Part shown: positions 22,734 through 35,099 of the stretch, piece by piece | Numbering within the stretch: the stretch's first letter is position 1 | Layout of the letters: the number at the start of each line of letters is the position of its first letter | Program-made: the position numbers and the translations under genes | Assembly (NCBI RefSeq): GCF_004010195.1 | Contig: NC_057719.1 | Coordinates: forward strand, 17,780,165 to 17,843,890 | Origin: Chiloscyllium plagiosum | Taxonomy: Eukaryota | Length of the DNA stretch: 63,726 bases | Reading direction: 5' to 3' | Notes under the pieces: generated by a model | Told to the model about the DNA's origin: nothing | What the model saw: only the letters and a program-made list of their open reading frames with translations | Databases searched by the model: none

Positions 22734-25221
22734 AAATTCTTCAGGTCTCATTGGTGCCTACAGTCTGGGTTAGCTTCTCTGCTCAGTGGCAGTCCTTGGA
22801 GGGTGTCCCTGTGAAAGCTGGCTGAGCACAGAATCTGGTTCCAATCCTGTCCGTTCCATTCATGCATTTGACTTGTTCCAGAGGTTCACTGGTGAAGTAA
22901 AGTTCTGTAGGAAGTGGGACACTGGCAAGGCTGCCAGGCATCTGTGGAAGTGTTCGCTGGTGCAAAACGCGGCATTATCAGCATAAACGTTGGAAAAATG
23001 ACCATGCTTACTCAACATCATGACACATAATTCTTTGTAACTGAGCAGCAAAAAGACCAAACTCTTGCTGAATCAGTATCTTCTGCTATACTGCCACTTC
23101 TTCCGCTTTCGTCAGATTGATTGTCTCTAATCTCACAACAACAGCTTCGAGAGGTTAGATCTGCCGGGCTCCATTTTATTATTTCCCTTTATACCTGTGC
23201 TTTCCACCAATCCAACTGGTAGCAGCCTGAGTTCACAAAGCACCTTTCACGTATAATATCCCAGTCAGTATTATCAAGCAAGAGTTTGAGGAGGAAAATC
23301 ACGGCAGTTCATCCTTTTGTCGGGTGATTGGCAGTCATGTGCTCCGCCTGCTGCCCTCCAAGTTGGGTCGCCCCATTTACTCTGTCTTTTAAACCACAAC
23401 TTTTTTAATTCCCTCAGTTCCACAGTGCATACTTAATGTTTGGCTGAGACAGTGAGCCAGTCTTTTTTTTGTTTTATTTTCAGAGGGAACAAAACAAGAA
23501 AGAACGCTTTTTAAGAGGGTTGGGGGTTGGGGGGGGGAGGTGGGGGGGTGTTGGTGGGAGAAGAAAACCACTACAAGGGAGGAAAAGAAAAGTTTGTCCA
23601 ACTCAATGGTTTTCAGATGTGGGCTCGCTTCCTTGTTGCCACCACAGCAGCGTTTGTTTACTGACGGCTTACTGATGGAAGTCAGTGCGCCTCTTTACTT
23701 TTGTGATCACCCCAACTGGACCCTCACCCAAATCCTTCGGTTTTCCTGGTTCCTGACTTTTACATTACACAGTGTTGTTGCTGATCTTCAGTCGCCAAAA
23801 GTCCAGGAACCATAAAGCAGATCTTAATAGATGTTCCTGCTTAGCCTAAGCTTGAGAAAGGAAAATCGCTGACTCTGTCCTCTTTGGATATGTTGCAGAT
23901 TGGCTGCACCCTTGAAGTCTCCACACCACACACACACGAAGATTTAACCAAATTGTAATTTTCCAGGTTAACAGCCTCAGACATGATTCTTAGATTAGCT
24001 GATCAAGCAGTTTGGCTAGAGACACAAAGCAAAAAAAAGTAAATGTTATTCACAGGGAAGAGATGACGACACTTCACTCGAATGCCAGTTAGCTAATGGC
24101 AGTTCGACTAAGCCATATATACGCATTTTGGCCATATTCTCTGGTTTGTTTTTTTTTTGTAAGAGCAGACAGTTAAAGGCGACCAAGGGAGTTACCACAA
24201 CTTCACCGCAGGAAAAAATGTCAAGCTTTAGCCAAGGAGAAAGGGAGTGATTCTGTCTTAGTGAAGAGTTAAACCCAGCACCGTTTAAGCAGCAATCTTT
24301 TCCTGAGACTACCACGACACAGGAACCTCCATTACACTTTGTATATTGCCTTGACTCAGCTTAAACCAACCATCAGCGGACAATAGGAATTGAAGTGACG
24401 GATATAAACGAAAAATTATCAGAAGTTCAGGAAACAAATTAAGATTTGGCCCAGATCAGAGATGCCAGTTGTGAGGGTTGGTATAATTTTCTCGATTTGC
24501 CACCCAGCATTAGCATTACGTGTCTTGAGTCAGTCAGCTACAGTGCTGTCTTGTTGCAGGGTAAAGCTTCCTCAGATCAGCCAAAACTGTTGGCTCTAGC
24601 CCAGCCTCACACTTTTTATCACTCGCTGCACCCAGTCATGCTCGTCATCTTTTTGAATGAGACGGTCAATTCAGTGTTTTTTTTAATGTAAAACACAAAT
24701 TACGCAGCTTTATTTATATTCAGTAGCTAAAAATAAAGTGAAATGCTCTTGTACTTATTGGACTAGAAAATTGTTGACTGCAGGAAAATTTAAAGGCGCA
24801 GTGTTAAAATGAAATTGAAAACAAATTTTTACAACATTTATTTGCTGAATTAACGAAAGCGAAAATGTTCCCACAATTCTCTATGAGCAAATCTCTTGAA
24901 GCCAGTTTTCAAGAAAACTGAAGAACTGAAACAGTTGCCCTCATCTCTGTTTCAAAGTCCTCAGCCAGGCCCCTGGTTGGAAACTCAAGCTGAATTGGAC
25001 TGCTCACCATTTGAGTTTCTGACCCCCGCCTTTTTATTCCAGCACTCGATTAGCAATGGTTTGTCCCAATCTGTTGCTAATACCTTCACCTATCCTTTTG
25101 TCATCTCTTGGCTGAAATATGTCAACACCTTGGTCAATTTTCTATCTTTCATAGTCTGAACTTCAGCACATCCAAAATTCTGCTGCTAAAACCCTGATTC
25201 TTCCCAGAATACCGTTTGTTG

Positions 25222-25322
25222 TCTCTGTCTCTCTAACTCTCTCTCTCTCTCTCTCTCTCACTCCCCCTCCTGGTCTATATCTCACTTCTCTTTCTCCGTC
25301 GCTCTATTTTTTTCTCTCTCTG
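25222..25322. repeat. (CT)n microsatellite / CT-rich tract
   Basis: Perfect CT run at ~25237-25259 within CT-rich sequence. Confidence 0.9.
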
Positions 25323-25446
25323 TTGGTCTGACTGGACAATTTGCATCCAGGGATACTGAGGAAAGTGATTGAAGGCTGAAGTGTAGGGATAAACCATTCA
25401 ACTACAGGCAGTTAGTGAACTTCGATAGTTGGAATTCTTTTACAGA

Positions 25447-26827
25447 CAATAATTTGGAACAAAATTGATAGTCACATGGATAAAGTGAGTTAATTAAGGA
25501 AATCCAACATCGATATCTTAAGGGAAAATTATGTTCAACTAACTTGCTAGAAGCTTTTGAAGAATTAACAACAAGTGTTCATCTGTGGTGTACACAGACT
25601 GATGCACAATAGATTTGTGAGAAAAGTTTTAGCTCTTGGATTAAAAGGAACAGAGGAAACATGGATACAAAATTGGTTGAGTGACAGGAAGCAGAAAGTA
25701 ATTGTTAATGGATTTTTTTTGGCTCGAGCAATGTTAATACTTGAGTTCCCCATTGGGACATTTATTTTTCTTGTTATATATTAATAGTCTAGACTTTGGT
25801 GAACAAGAGCACAGTTTCAAAATTTGTAGATAATGAGAAATTTGGAAGCATTGTAGACTAGGAGGGGACCACTGTAATACTGCAAAAGGCCATAGGCAAG
25901 TTGGCGGAGTGGGCGGGTAGGAACAGATGAAGTTCAATATGGATTTTGTAGAAGGAACATGGAGAGTCAGTATAAACTGGGGCGTCACGGCGACTCAGTG
26001 GTTAGCATTGCTGCCTCACAGTGCCAGGGACCTCTGTGACTGTCTGTGTGGAGTTTACATGTTCTCCCCGTGTCTGCGTGGGTTTCCTCTGGGTGCTGTG
26101 GTTTCCTCCCATATTCCAAAAGATGTGCAGGTTAGGTGAGTTGGCAATGTTAAATTGCCCCTAGTTTTAGGTGCATAGTCAAGAGTAAATGTAGGGAAAT
26201 TAGTCTGGGTGGGTTACTCTTCAGCGGGTTGGTGTGGACTTGTTGGGCTGAAGGGCCTGTTGCCACATTGTAGGGAATCTAAACTAATCTAAACTAAAAA
26301 GTACACCCTAATGGGGATATAGTTTTGGAGGGACTGGTGTATATAAGTACATAAGACATTGAAGATAGGAGGCTCAATTTGCAAGTAATTATTAAAGCAT
26401 ATTTTATTAATAGGGGCATAGAATACAAGTGCATTTAGGTTATGTTGAGCTAATATAGGAGATTAGATTGACTTCAGTCAAAGTGTACACTTTTGTTCAT
26501 CACACATTAGGAAGGATGTGAAGGCAAAAGAGAGAGTGTCAACTTGCAGCCCACCACGTCTCTGCTGACCAACAAACAGTGATACGAGAATAAACATTTT
26601 TGCATCATGGGTGGATCAGTGACATTGATTTGGATGTATTGCGCAAGTTTGCAGTGGGCGCAGGTTTAATCAAGGCATTCAAATGGCTAGATGACTATTT
26701 GAAAAAGAGGAGCATGCAGGATTACAGGCAAAAGAGAGGTGGTTAGCTCTGGATGAGATGCACGTTTGGAGACCTGGCAGAGACGCGGTGGGCTGAATTG
26801 CCTCCCGCACTGCAGAATCTCCGATTC
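25447..26827 (+). mobile_element. Highly degenerate CR1 LINE interrupted by an HE1 SINE
   Basis: WIQNWLSDRKQKV (ORF 25575), ggaaggatgtgaaggc and tail gtgggctgaattgcctcc. Confidence 0.75.
25979..26289 (+). mobile_element. HE1 SINE nested in CR1, 6-bp TSD
   Basis: A-box, V-domain and tail tgtagggaatct present, B-box deleted. TSD taaact at 25973-25978 and 26290-26295. Confidence 0.9.
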
Positions 26828-27774
26828 AGTGGGTAGAGAGAGTTGATTATGGTCCTGAAGTATATTAGATAAAGAGAATGGGAGAGGTGAGGCCTCTTTA
26901 CTTTATTGATAAACATAGTCAATGGAAATCAGTAATTTTACAGATACCAACCAGTGTTGTTCGGTTTTTATTGATTGGCTCAATGAATGCTTCGTCACTG
27001 TATATTATGTTTTGTTTGTTTGTTTCTGCCATGGCAACTTCGTGGCAAGTGATTGTAACCATGAGTGACACAGGAAGTAATCTGAATGTAATACAGCATG
27101 GTTGCTGATCTTGAAGTTGTCTCTGGTGACAACTGTGTGCTCATATGTGGCTGGATTTTCAACAATAAAGTGAAACAGGAAGCTGTGGCTAATGCATATT
27201 GGATCATTGCAGGGATATAGATAGCTGCCTTGAGTTAATTAACTACTTGCACTCTTATTGCTTCAGCAGTACAATTGTTCTTTATTTTATAAAAAATGAG
27301 AGTGAGCAAGACAAAATCACATCTGTCCCAGAGACAGGTATAAGAGAATCATTCCAATTAAACTTGGCACTGCCCTTAATACCGAGGGATCTGAGAAGGG
27401 TAGTATCTCACAGCTGAGTTAATGATTGCCTCACTGACTGAGTTGACCTTTGCCACAATATTTTTGCTAATGGCTTTGCTTTTGTTTCAATGGCATTCCC
27501 TTTAATTGTCCAAAACAAGCGTATGATTCAACCCTCCGTCGTATTTTTGTTCATATAGGTTAGTTATTTTAGACTTAGAAGTATGTGCCCCTTCACTTCT
27601 GAAAATCACTAATCTTCCATGGCCCCTCCTTGTCACTGAAGTTTCTGACAATACACGGATCTGTGTTGTCTCTGTAGTCCTCCACTTCTGGCTGCTCCTG
27701 CACCACACCCACCCTCTCTCGTTTTCGTTGCTGGTCCCTGACAACTGTACCATCAGCAGTCTCGTCCCTAAGCT

Positions 27775-27975
27775 TGAAAGTTCTGTCCTTTAAACCCATT
27801 TGCCTTCGTTGCCCCTTTTCTTCTTTTCAGAGGATCCTCAGAACCTGCCTCCTGATCAAACTTCCAGTCACCATTCCTAACTATTTCTGTGGCTCAGTGT
27901 CAAATGACATCTGACAATGGTCCTCTGAAAGCGCCTTGTTACTATATTGAAGATGCTATATGAATGCACACATTT
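27775..27975 (+). mobile_element. L2-type 3' fragment
   Basis: ccctaagcttg...tggctcagtgtcaaat...ctctgaaagcgcctt...gatgctatatgaatgca. Confidence 0.55.
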
Positions 27976-28874
27976 TTGGGGTGGTGCTCCAGCAACCCCT
28001 ACAAGGTGAGAAAAGTGGCAACACAGTTTGGCTCACAGTCTGTCATTATATTGAAAAGGGTGTTGGGGGTAGCTTTGATTGCTGGGTGAATGAATTTGTT
28101 CAGCTAATGGATTCGAGTGATGTTAGCCAGCAGAGACTGGCTACGATGTCTGGTGTGTGCTGAGTGCATTGTGTTGGAGTAGTGATTGTCATGGAATTGA
28201 AAATGAGCTATGTTTACCATGCCAGCTCACACCATTGGGTTTCATGCTGCCCTTCATACATGTAGTTCCGTGTAGAATCACTGGATAATGATTCGGAAAA
28301 GGTGGCTGGGCAAAGTTTCTGTAAAAGTATATACTACCTGGTGAAACAAAATCTCTCATGGTTAAAACTTTGCCAGATTCTACATCTCTTGCCCAAAAAT
28401 TCCAGATATTTGCAAATGAATAAATATACCTGAAGTGAAAGGTGCATTCAGTCTGCAAATGGGTCTGTGTGTGTGGGGCATAAGGAACTGTGGTTATTGT
28501 CCACCACACCAGCGGCTCTGGCTTGCTTGTCTTTCAGTTTCAAACAAGGTAGCTGGTTGATGTCGGTTTCTCTGCCTTACTTCAGTGAATTGGCAATATC
28601 CTCCCTCTCTTAGGTATGTTTGAGAATAGGCCAGGGCGTGAGGTGCTTGTTATGTGATTACGGCCCATTAAATCGGTGATTAATGGACCATTTTACAGGG
28701 GAAGGTCACTTTAGATCACCGGAGTGTGCAAAACTAAAAGAAAATAGTTACAGTGAAATAGAGTCACATGAAAAGGAGAAACTCGCCCCTAAGCTCAGAA
28801 ATCAAATGTGCATCCATTGGCTCCTACAATTTTTCAATATTCATCACCTTTCTTTAACAGAGAAAATAATTTAT

Positions 28875-28942
28875 TTATCTCTGTCTCACTCTGTCTCTCT
28901 CTCTCATTCTATAATTGTCTCTGTCTCAGTCTCTCTCTCTCG
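28875..28942. repeat. CT-rich simple repeat
   Basis: tctctgtctcactctgtctctctctctc...tctctctctc. Confidence 0.75.
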
Positions 28943-29838
28943 CTAAAACACTGTCAACCTCTCCTGGTTGAACAATATAGTATTGGGGATCATAACGGAG
29001 AGATCAGGGTGGGATGGAGTGTTGAAGTGGAATGCAACCCTTGAAGCAGCCACTTTCCCTTTCCTACTTTCCCTGCCCCTGAACTTCTCCTGTCAGCCTC
29101 AAAATTGAGTTGTTTTGGAAAGTAGCTACTTAGAGGCCTAAGTTGCCATGAGGGTAGACAGGCTGTTCTAGGACTTGCCTCCATGTACAGTTGCAGGCAA
29201 GTCGCTGGCAGGAAGGCCATCTGCAAGCAAGCCTGCTAGCCGGGTACTGCAAAATATGTAGTAAGTGAACACAGTGCTGTCACTGACTTTGATATAAAAC
29301 ATGGTGATCTTGGCACTGATGCATTGTCTATGTGTGCTCGGTGCCAAGAGAAAACTGAGACTATTGCAGAAGCCAGAATGACCTGCATCATTCAGGAGCT
29401 GGGGCTGCATCCCAATTCCATCACTTGAGCTTTTCTCAACAGGGAAGCCTTATGTTTCCTGCTTTTTGCAGGGCTCAGAATAACCTGTGTTTAATTATGT
29501 GGGATGTTTCTAAAACAAGTTTCTTCCATCCTCCTAAAGTTTAGTGTTGCCTTTTTATAATGAATCTCCATTTTTGGTGTAACTTTGTGCTAGATCATTT
29601 AGGCATAATTAGATTTAACCTAACCATCTACAATTCAAAAATAGTATTAAAGAAAATCCATTTGGTTCTGGCTTTGAATGATAAGAGGAATAAAATTTTG
29701 AGTCTACCTATGATTTGCATGTATGCAAGTCCAGAAGTTTCTTTTAGAGAGTACAGTACAAAATAAATTGCTTAAAGCAAGTTTCTGTTAAAAAGGAATA
29801 TATGTAATGTATAAATGCACTAAGCATTCACCCTGCAG

Positions 29839-30198
29839 TAAGAAAGACTTGCATTTATCTAGCCCCTATCACAATTTAAGTATATTTTGAAGTATTTTAC
29901 AGCTAGTCAACAGTTTTGGATTATAGTTCCTTCCGTAATTTAAGAAAGGTAGTAACCAGTTTGCCTAAAGAGATTTCCCACAAGCAACAATATGATAATA
30001 ATCAGCTGTTCAATAGTACTGAGTAAGAGATAAATATTTCTGAATATTAAATATTCCTCTGCTCTTTTTCAAAATAGTGCCATATGATGCTTAACATCCA
30101 TTTGAAAAGCAAACAGGATCTAGGTTTTCACATCCCATCCAAAACAAGTGTTACCTCAGAACTGCACTGGAGTGTCAACCTTAGATATTGTGCTTCAA
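29839..30198 (-). mobile_element. SacSINE1-like Deu-SINE
   Basis: Tail aagaaagacttgcatttat, core cccacaagcaacaat, caaaatagtgccat and ctgcactggagtgtcaacc. Confidence 0.7.
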
Positions 30199-31339
30199 AC
30201 TATGCAAATCTCACAAATTATCACTCCTGGTTGTAATAACTATCTTAAATGCCTTAAAATACGTCGTCACATAACCGTCTGTGCTTTTACATTTCGTGTG
30301 CTTAAGAACTCTTTTCTGACGAAGTACAGATTCTGACTGAAAGCTCAAGACTTGTTCAGTTCAGTTAAACTGACTGTGCGTTTTTGTGTGTGTGTAACTG
30401 AATATGCATTAAACAGGGCTAGTGCTGTGGAATGTTATTAGGTTAGAGCCTGTTCAGCTTCCTTTAAGACAGAGATTTTGACAGTGGAGCAGAGACCTTG
30501 CCCAGTTAATCAAAACCACCATGTAAATAATTTAAGGGAATAATGGATGCATATGTGAACTGTCTTGCTGCATTGAGTTAACTTGAATGATGGAGAAATG
30601 AGACACAAGGTTGAATATGTCAGTCCTTCACTGTGTCCTCTATTTGCTAAGACCCAATGTAGAAAGTCCATTATGGATATTTAATCAGACAAAAGAAATG
30701 TTGAATTTCTAGATTTTGATTTGCTCCACTCGAATTTTTATTTCAAATCCCTTGCTTAAGGATTTATTTCAATAAATCATGATCCACTTGTCTGCGTATA
30801 AATTTGTTGAGATCAGAATAGAAGGGTAAAAGACTGAAGGGTTAGGTGGGTAACTATTATTGTAACTGGAATTATTTGGTTGATTTTTCGATGAAAAATG
30901 AGTGGCCTAGTAATAGAGAGAACAATAGTACCAACAAGGATGAAACATTTAGTTTATTGAGCCTTACAAATGAAGGCATTTGATAGACTTCTCTGAGATG
31001 ATCATGAGTGTTTAGGCACTTGTTCGAAAAAAAGAAAGTCTGTAATGAAGAACACACATCTCTGGCTCTTTGAATCTAAAATGCCCTCAAAATTGTACTG
31101 AAGTAATTTGAAGGATGTATGGCTAGAATGAAACACCCCTCTTGTTTCAGATTACGGTGTACCCACAGATTATTTGACGTTGCAAGTGGAGACAACTTTT
31201 TCTCTTATCTCAAGAGGAACCAGATCATAAGAACAGAATTAGGCCCTGTGATTTTCCTCCATCATTTACTTTGTAATGAATGGTCTTTTCTTCATCTCCA
31301 TTTACATGCTTATGCTCCATCATCATTTTTATCTCTCTC

Positions 31340-31456
31340 ATTATCGCAGCACTGTTTGTGGGACCTGGCTACGTACAAATTGTCTGCTGCATTTCCTGTA
31401 TTACAAAAGCGATTAAACCCTGAAGTACTTTGCTGCCTGCAAATCACTTTGGGGCA
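31340..31456 (+). mobile_element. Deu-SINE core fragment
   Basis: ctgtttgtgggacctggctacgtacaaattgtctgctgcatttcctgtattaca. Confidence 0.6.
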
Positions 31457-31471
31457 AGGGATCAAAGGCTG

Positions 31472-31705
31472 TTGAATTTTATCTGCCACCTACCTGCCCA
31501 CTCCAAAGTGTCAGTGCCCCTTTTAAAGTTCTACACTGTTATCCTTACAGTTTACACTTCTCCCAAGTTTTATGTCACCTCCAAACTTTGGAATTGCCCC
31601 CTGCATACCAAGAGGTAGATCATTTAAAAATCAGGGAAAGCCTGTGCCCCAGTACTGACCTCTGGGGAACTCTACTACAAATCTTCTTTCAGCCTGAAAA
31701 ATACT
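31472..31705 (-). mobile_element. Old CR1 RT fragment
   Basis: ttgaattttatctgccac reads WQIKFN on the minus strand; cccagtactgacctctggggaactc reads GVPQRSVLG. Confidence 0.6.
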
Positions 31706-31949
31706 CATTACTCCATAAGACTAATAAAAACAGAACTAGAGGGGGCTGTCCTTGTACCCTTCCAGCCAGCGATGTCTCTCCTTACATTTTGAAATGTTTC
31801 TATAAAAAGCTACCTGTTCCATTGGTCCTTTCTTAAACCTTCTCACGAGATTTGATGTCTCGTAACTTTTAGTAGTACACCATGTGTGAACCTTTTTAGT
31901 ACATTAAAGACATTTGTTTCGTATAACAGCTTAATTTGATTCACTGAGG

Positions 31950-32125
31950 ATCTTCAGTGAACTGCTTTTGAAGGCTGTCGAATTTCACAATGTAGGCAAA
32001 TATGACAGCCAATTTGTGTGCAGTTTTATCAGATGTTATGATGAGTAACCAGTTAATCTACTTTTGACTGTGTTGATTGAGAAACAATTGCTATCCCCTG
32101 GAAGAATTCATTGTTGTTCTCAAAT
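31950..32125 (-). mobile_element. Deu-SINE fragment
   Basis: aatgtaggcaaatatgacagccaatttgtgtgcag...tgttgattgag. Confidence 0.5.
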
Positions 32126-32621
32126 CCTAAAATTAACTTGCAGTGTTGAGGTGAGCCATGAGAACTAGTGATTGTTAGTTAGTCCGAGTTAGTTCACATT
32201 AGTTAGTCCGATTGGACTCACGTATTTTCTCCCATCTTCTTTCATATTGTTCTTTCCAAACATTAACTTCATTGCTTTTCAGATGAATTTCTGACTTGAA
32301 TACGGGAATATTGAAGTACAGTTAATACTGAACATTTCACGTTCTAATTGACCACTTTCAAAATATCTTTCTTCCATCTGCTTTTTTAAAAACAATTATC
32401 TTAATATTTTTTACTCCTCTGTAACCTTTTCATTGACAATTTGCTGCTGTTTACCTTCAAAGTCCTTCATAATGCAGAAGACCTCTCATTTCACTCTCAT
32501 AAACTTGAGCTATGAATGTTACAGAAGCAGTAGGAACTCTTCTTTCTAGACAACTCTCACCTCTGATGAGACCTCCAGTGAACCTCTTCTCAAGTCGTAC
32601 ATTGTCCCAGGTTCGTACATT

Positions 32622-33063
32622 CACCCAGGTAAATAGTGCGGTGAAGAAGGCATATGGCGTACTGGCTTTTATTGGTAGAGGAATTGAGTTCCGGAGTACT
32701 GAGGTCATGTTGCAGTTGTATAAGACTCTGGTGCGGCTGCATCTGGAGTATTGTGTGCAGTTTTGGTCGCCATACTATAGGAAGGATGTGGAGGCAGTGG
32801 AACGGGTGCAGAGGAGGTTTACCAGGATGTTGCCTGGTATGGTAGGAAGATCGTATGAGGAAAGGCTGAGGCACTTGGGAGTTCATGGAATGCCCTGCCA
32901 GTAGCAGTGGTGGACTCTCCCTCATTATGGGCATTTAAGCGGGCATTGGATAGGTATATGGAGGATAGTGGGCTAGTGTAGGTTAGGTGGGCTTGGATCG
33001 GCGCAACATCGAGGGCCGAAGGGCCTGTACTGCGCTGTATTCTTCTATGTTCTATGTTCTATG
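32622..33063 (+). mobile_element. Younger CR1 3' fragment with internal deletion and (TTCTATG)n tail
   Basis: Open frame KKAYGVLAFIGRGIEFRS...LEYCVQFWSPYYRKD...RFTRMLPGM, with tail gggccgaagggcctgtactgcgctgtattcttctatgttctatgttctat. Confidence 0.95.
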
Positions 33064-33809
33064 AATTTGATATGTATTGGAGTTTGTTGCTTGGTGAAAA
33101 TCCTTCAGAGGAATCCCCTCGCTAACAGTACTGTGGACTGCAGCAGTTCAAACATTTAACTCACTGTCACCGTCTTGAGGGCTTTAGGGGATGAGTAGTC
33201 ATTTACCTTGCTAACAACATCCCTACCACTTCAAATTAGTTATGTTTATAGTTTCAAATAGTGGTTTGAGTTTTAAGTTGAAGTGAAAGCAAAAGGTAAC
33301 CTGGATGATCGCAGTTCCCTCAAGCCCTTACTTAAAGTGGTTCACTTCAGAAGTTTACATGTGGAAACAATTAGGCTTCCTGGTAGCTAAGCAAAGAGTG
33401 CAGCAGATCTGATTCAGTCTCCAGACATTTTCATGAAGCCAATGCTTTTACAGGTGGCTTCAACAAACTGAAAGAATTGCAACTACTAATCATCTAGGCA
33501 CACCCTCTAATAGAGTGACTCCGTACATGGGTGTTGGGTTAGGGCACAAGCCTGACATGTTTGAATGGTTTGCCTACATTCTTTGTAGAAGCAGACATAT
33601 GACTAAAGACTGATTGGCTGGTGATCCATTGGAGTCAAAGAAATAACTGTGAAACTGTATGCAGCAAAAATCCTTCAGATTCAGGAGAGAAGGGGAATAA
33701 AAGAAAGTTACCTTCTTTTTCAATGTGTCATTACTGTTCACCCCAACTACTCCCATGAGAGCTATTGGTAACTGACAATGATTATAAACTATCTGCATTA
33801 TCAATGCTT

Positions 33810-34065
33810 GTTGAGGAATACATTTTAGCCAGGACAATGGATGGAACTCTTGAATGGGTACAACCATGTTCTCATCCATTACAATGCCTGGGGAGGCTTA
33901 AGGCCTAACCAGTGGCTAAGATACAGTCTCTAACTTAAATTGTTCCCTCAGTTCTGCAGTTGATTATCAACCCAGATTTTATATTCAGATTTCTGGATTG
34001 GGATTTGAGACCGCAACCTCTTAACTCAAGAATAAGAGCTCTACCCGCGGAACTGCATCTGCCAC
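33810..34065 (-). mobile_element. Deu-SINE 5' fragment
   Basis: ccctcagttctgcag...cccagatttt...tgggatttgagaccgcaacctcttaactcaag is the reverse complement of the head. Confidence 0.55.
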
Positions 34066-34528
34066 AAGTTATAGAAGTATTTCCATTGGGGTTTCTTTCC
34101 ACTTGGCTCAAATAAAAGTCAGTGTAGAAAAATTTGGAAACAAAATAAGTCTGATGGAGGTTTTCCTTTTGGTTTTGCTTTGTTGGATTATATGGGCCAA
34201 AAGAATCATTTTGGGATTAAATGACATCTGGATTTGGCACTCGCATTAGAACCAAGAAAATAAAGTATTAATCAGCCAGAAAGAGACAGAGAATTTCAGG
34301 ATAGTGTTGTTTTCAAATGCAGATTAAAACATTTGACACTCTGTAGCTTCATGTCAGGGCAAGGTGTGTGAAGCCATTTTATTGTGAAGTTGTCTTGAGT
34401 TTTAAAAGATGAAGTGAGACCAGTTGAAAGAGGTAGGCTTGGACAGAGCATACAGCATAAAGCAGGAGTACGAAGAGCTCTTGGATGCAACTCTAGCCTT
34501 CCAGACCTCAGATGCACCAAAGAACAAC

Positions 34529-34764
34529 TTGCATTTGTATGGCACCTTAGCAATGTTGCAAGGTTCTTCAGAAGTCTGATTATTGAATATAATTTGATAC
34601 TAACCCACATCTGGATTTGTAGCGGCACGGTGGCACAGTGGTTAGCACTGTTGCCTCACAGCCCCAGAGACCCGGGTTCAATTTGCATTTGTATGGCACC
34701 TTAGCAATGTTGCAAGGTTCTTCAGAAGTCTGATTATTGAATATAATTTGATACTAACCCACAT
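34529..34764. repeat. Exact 82-bp direct repeat (34529-34610 and 34683-34764)
   Basis: Compared base by base and found identical. Confidence 0.95.
34621..34682 (+). mobile_element. HE1 SINE 5' head only (A-box to B-box)
   Basis: gcggcacggtggcacagtggttagcactgttgcctcacagccccagagacccgggttcaat. Confidence 0.9.
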
Positions 34765-35099
34765 TGGAGAATAGGAAGACAGAGCAAAGAGAGAGAGACG
34801 TTTTGAGAATGATCTTGTGGGAGGTCAGTGGTTCAGGGACAGAACTCCAGAGTTTTACGCTTAGGCTCCTGAAGTGTTGGATGCTAGTGACGGATGGCAT
34901 ACTTAAGAAAACAAAACTGGGAGAGTGCAGAGATCTCGGAGGTAATAGGTAGTGCTGGAGCTGTCCAATCCACAATGGTCAGCATACTGCATAATATTGA
35001 ATTCATGCAGATAGTGTAAAAATACCAATAAGAGCATTGACAGTTTTCGTGAGTTGAGAATAAATCTATATCAGCAAAATTGAGATTGGCAGGCATACT

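Larger units (their letters stand above)
34524..34965 (-). mobile_element. L2-type 3' fragment carrying an 82-bp duplication and HE1 head insertion
   Basis: Tail acaacttgcatttgtatggcacctt, plus cagggacagaactccagag and gagtgcagagatctcggagg. Confidence 0.65.

Noticed and set aside
34529..34764. CRISPR-like or LTR interpretation of the direct repeats
   Set aside because: There are only two copies in a eukaryotic context, the unit is an L2 tail, and there is no TG...CA, PBS or PPT.
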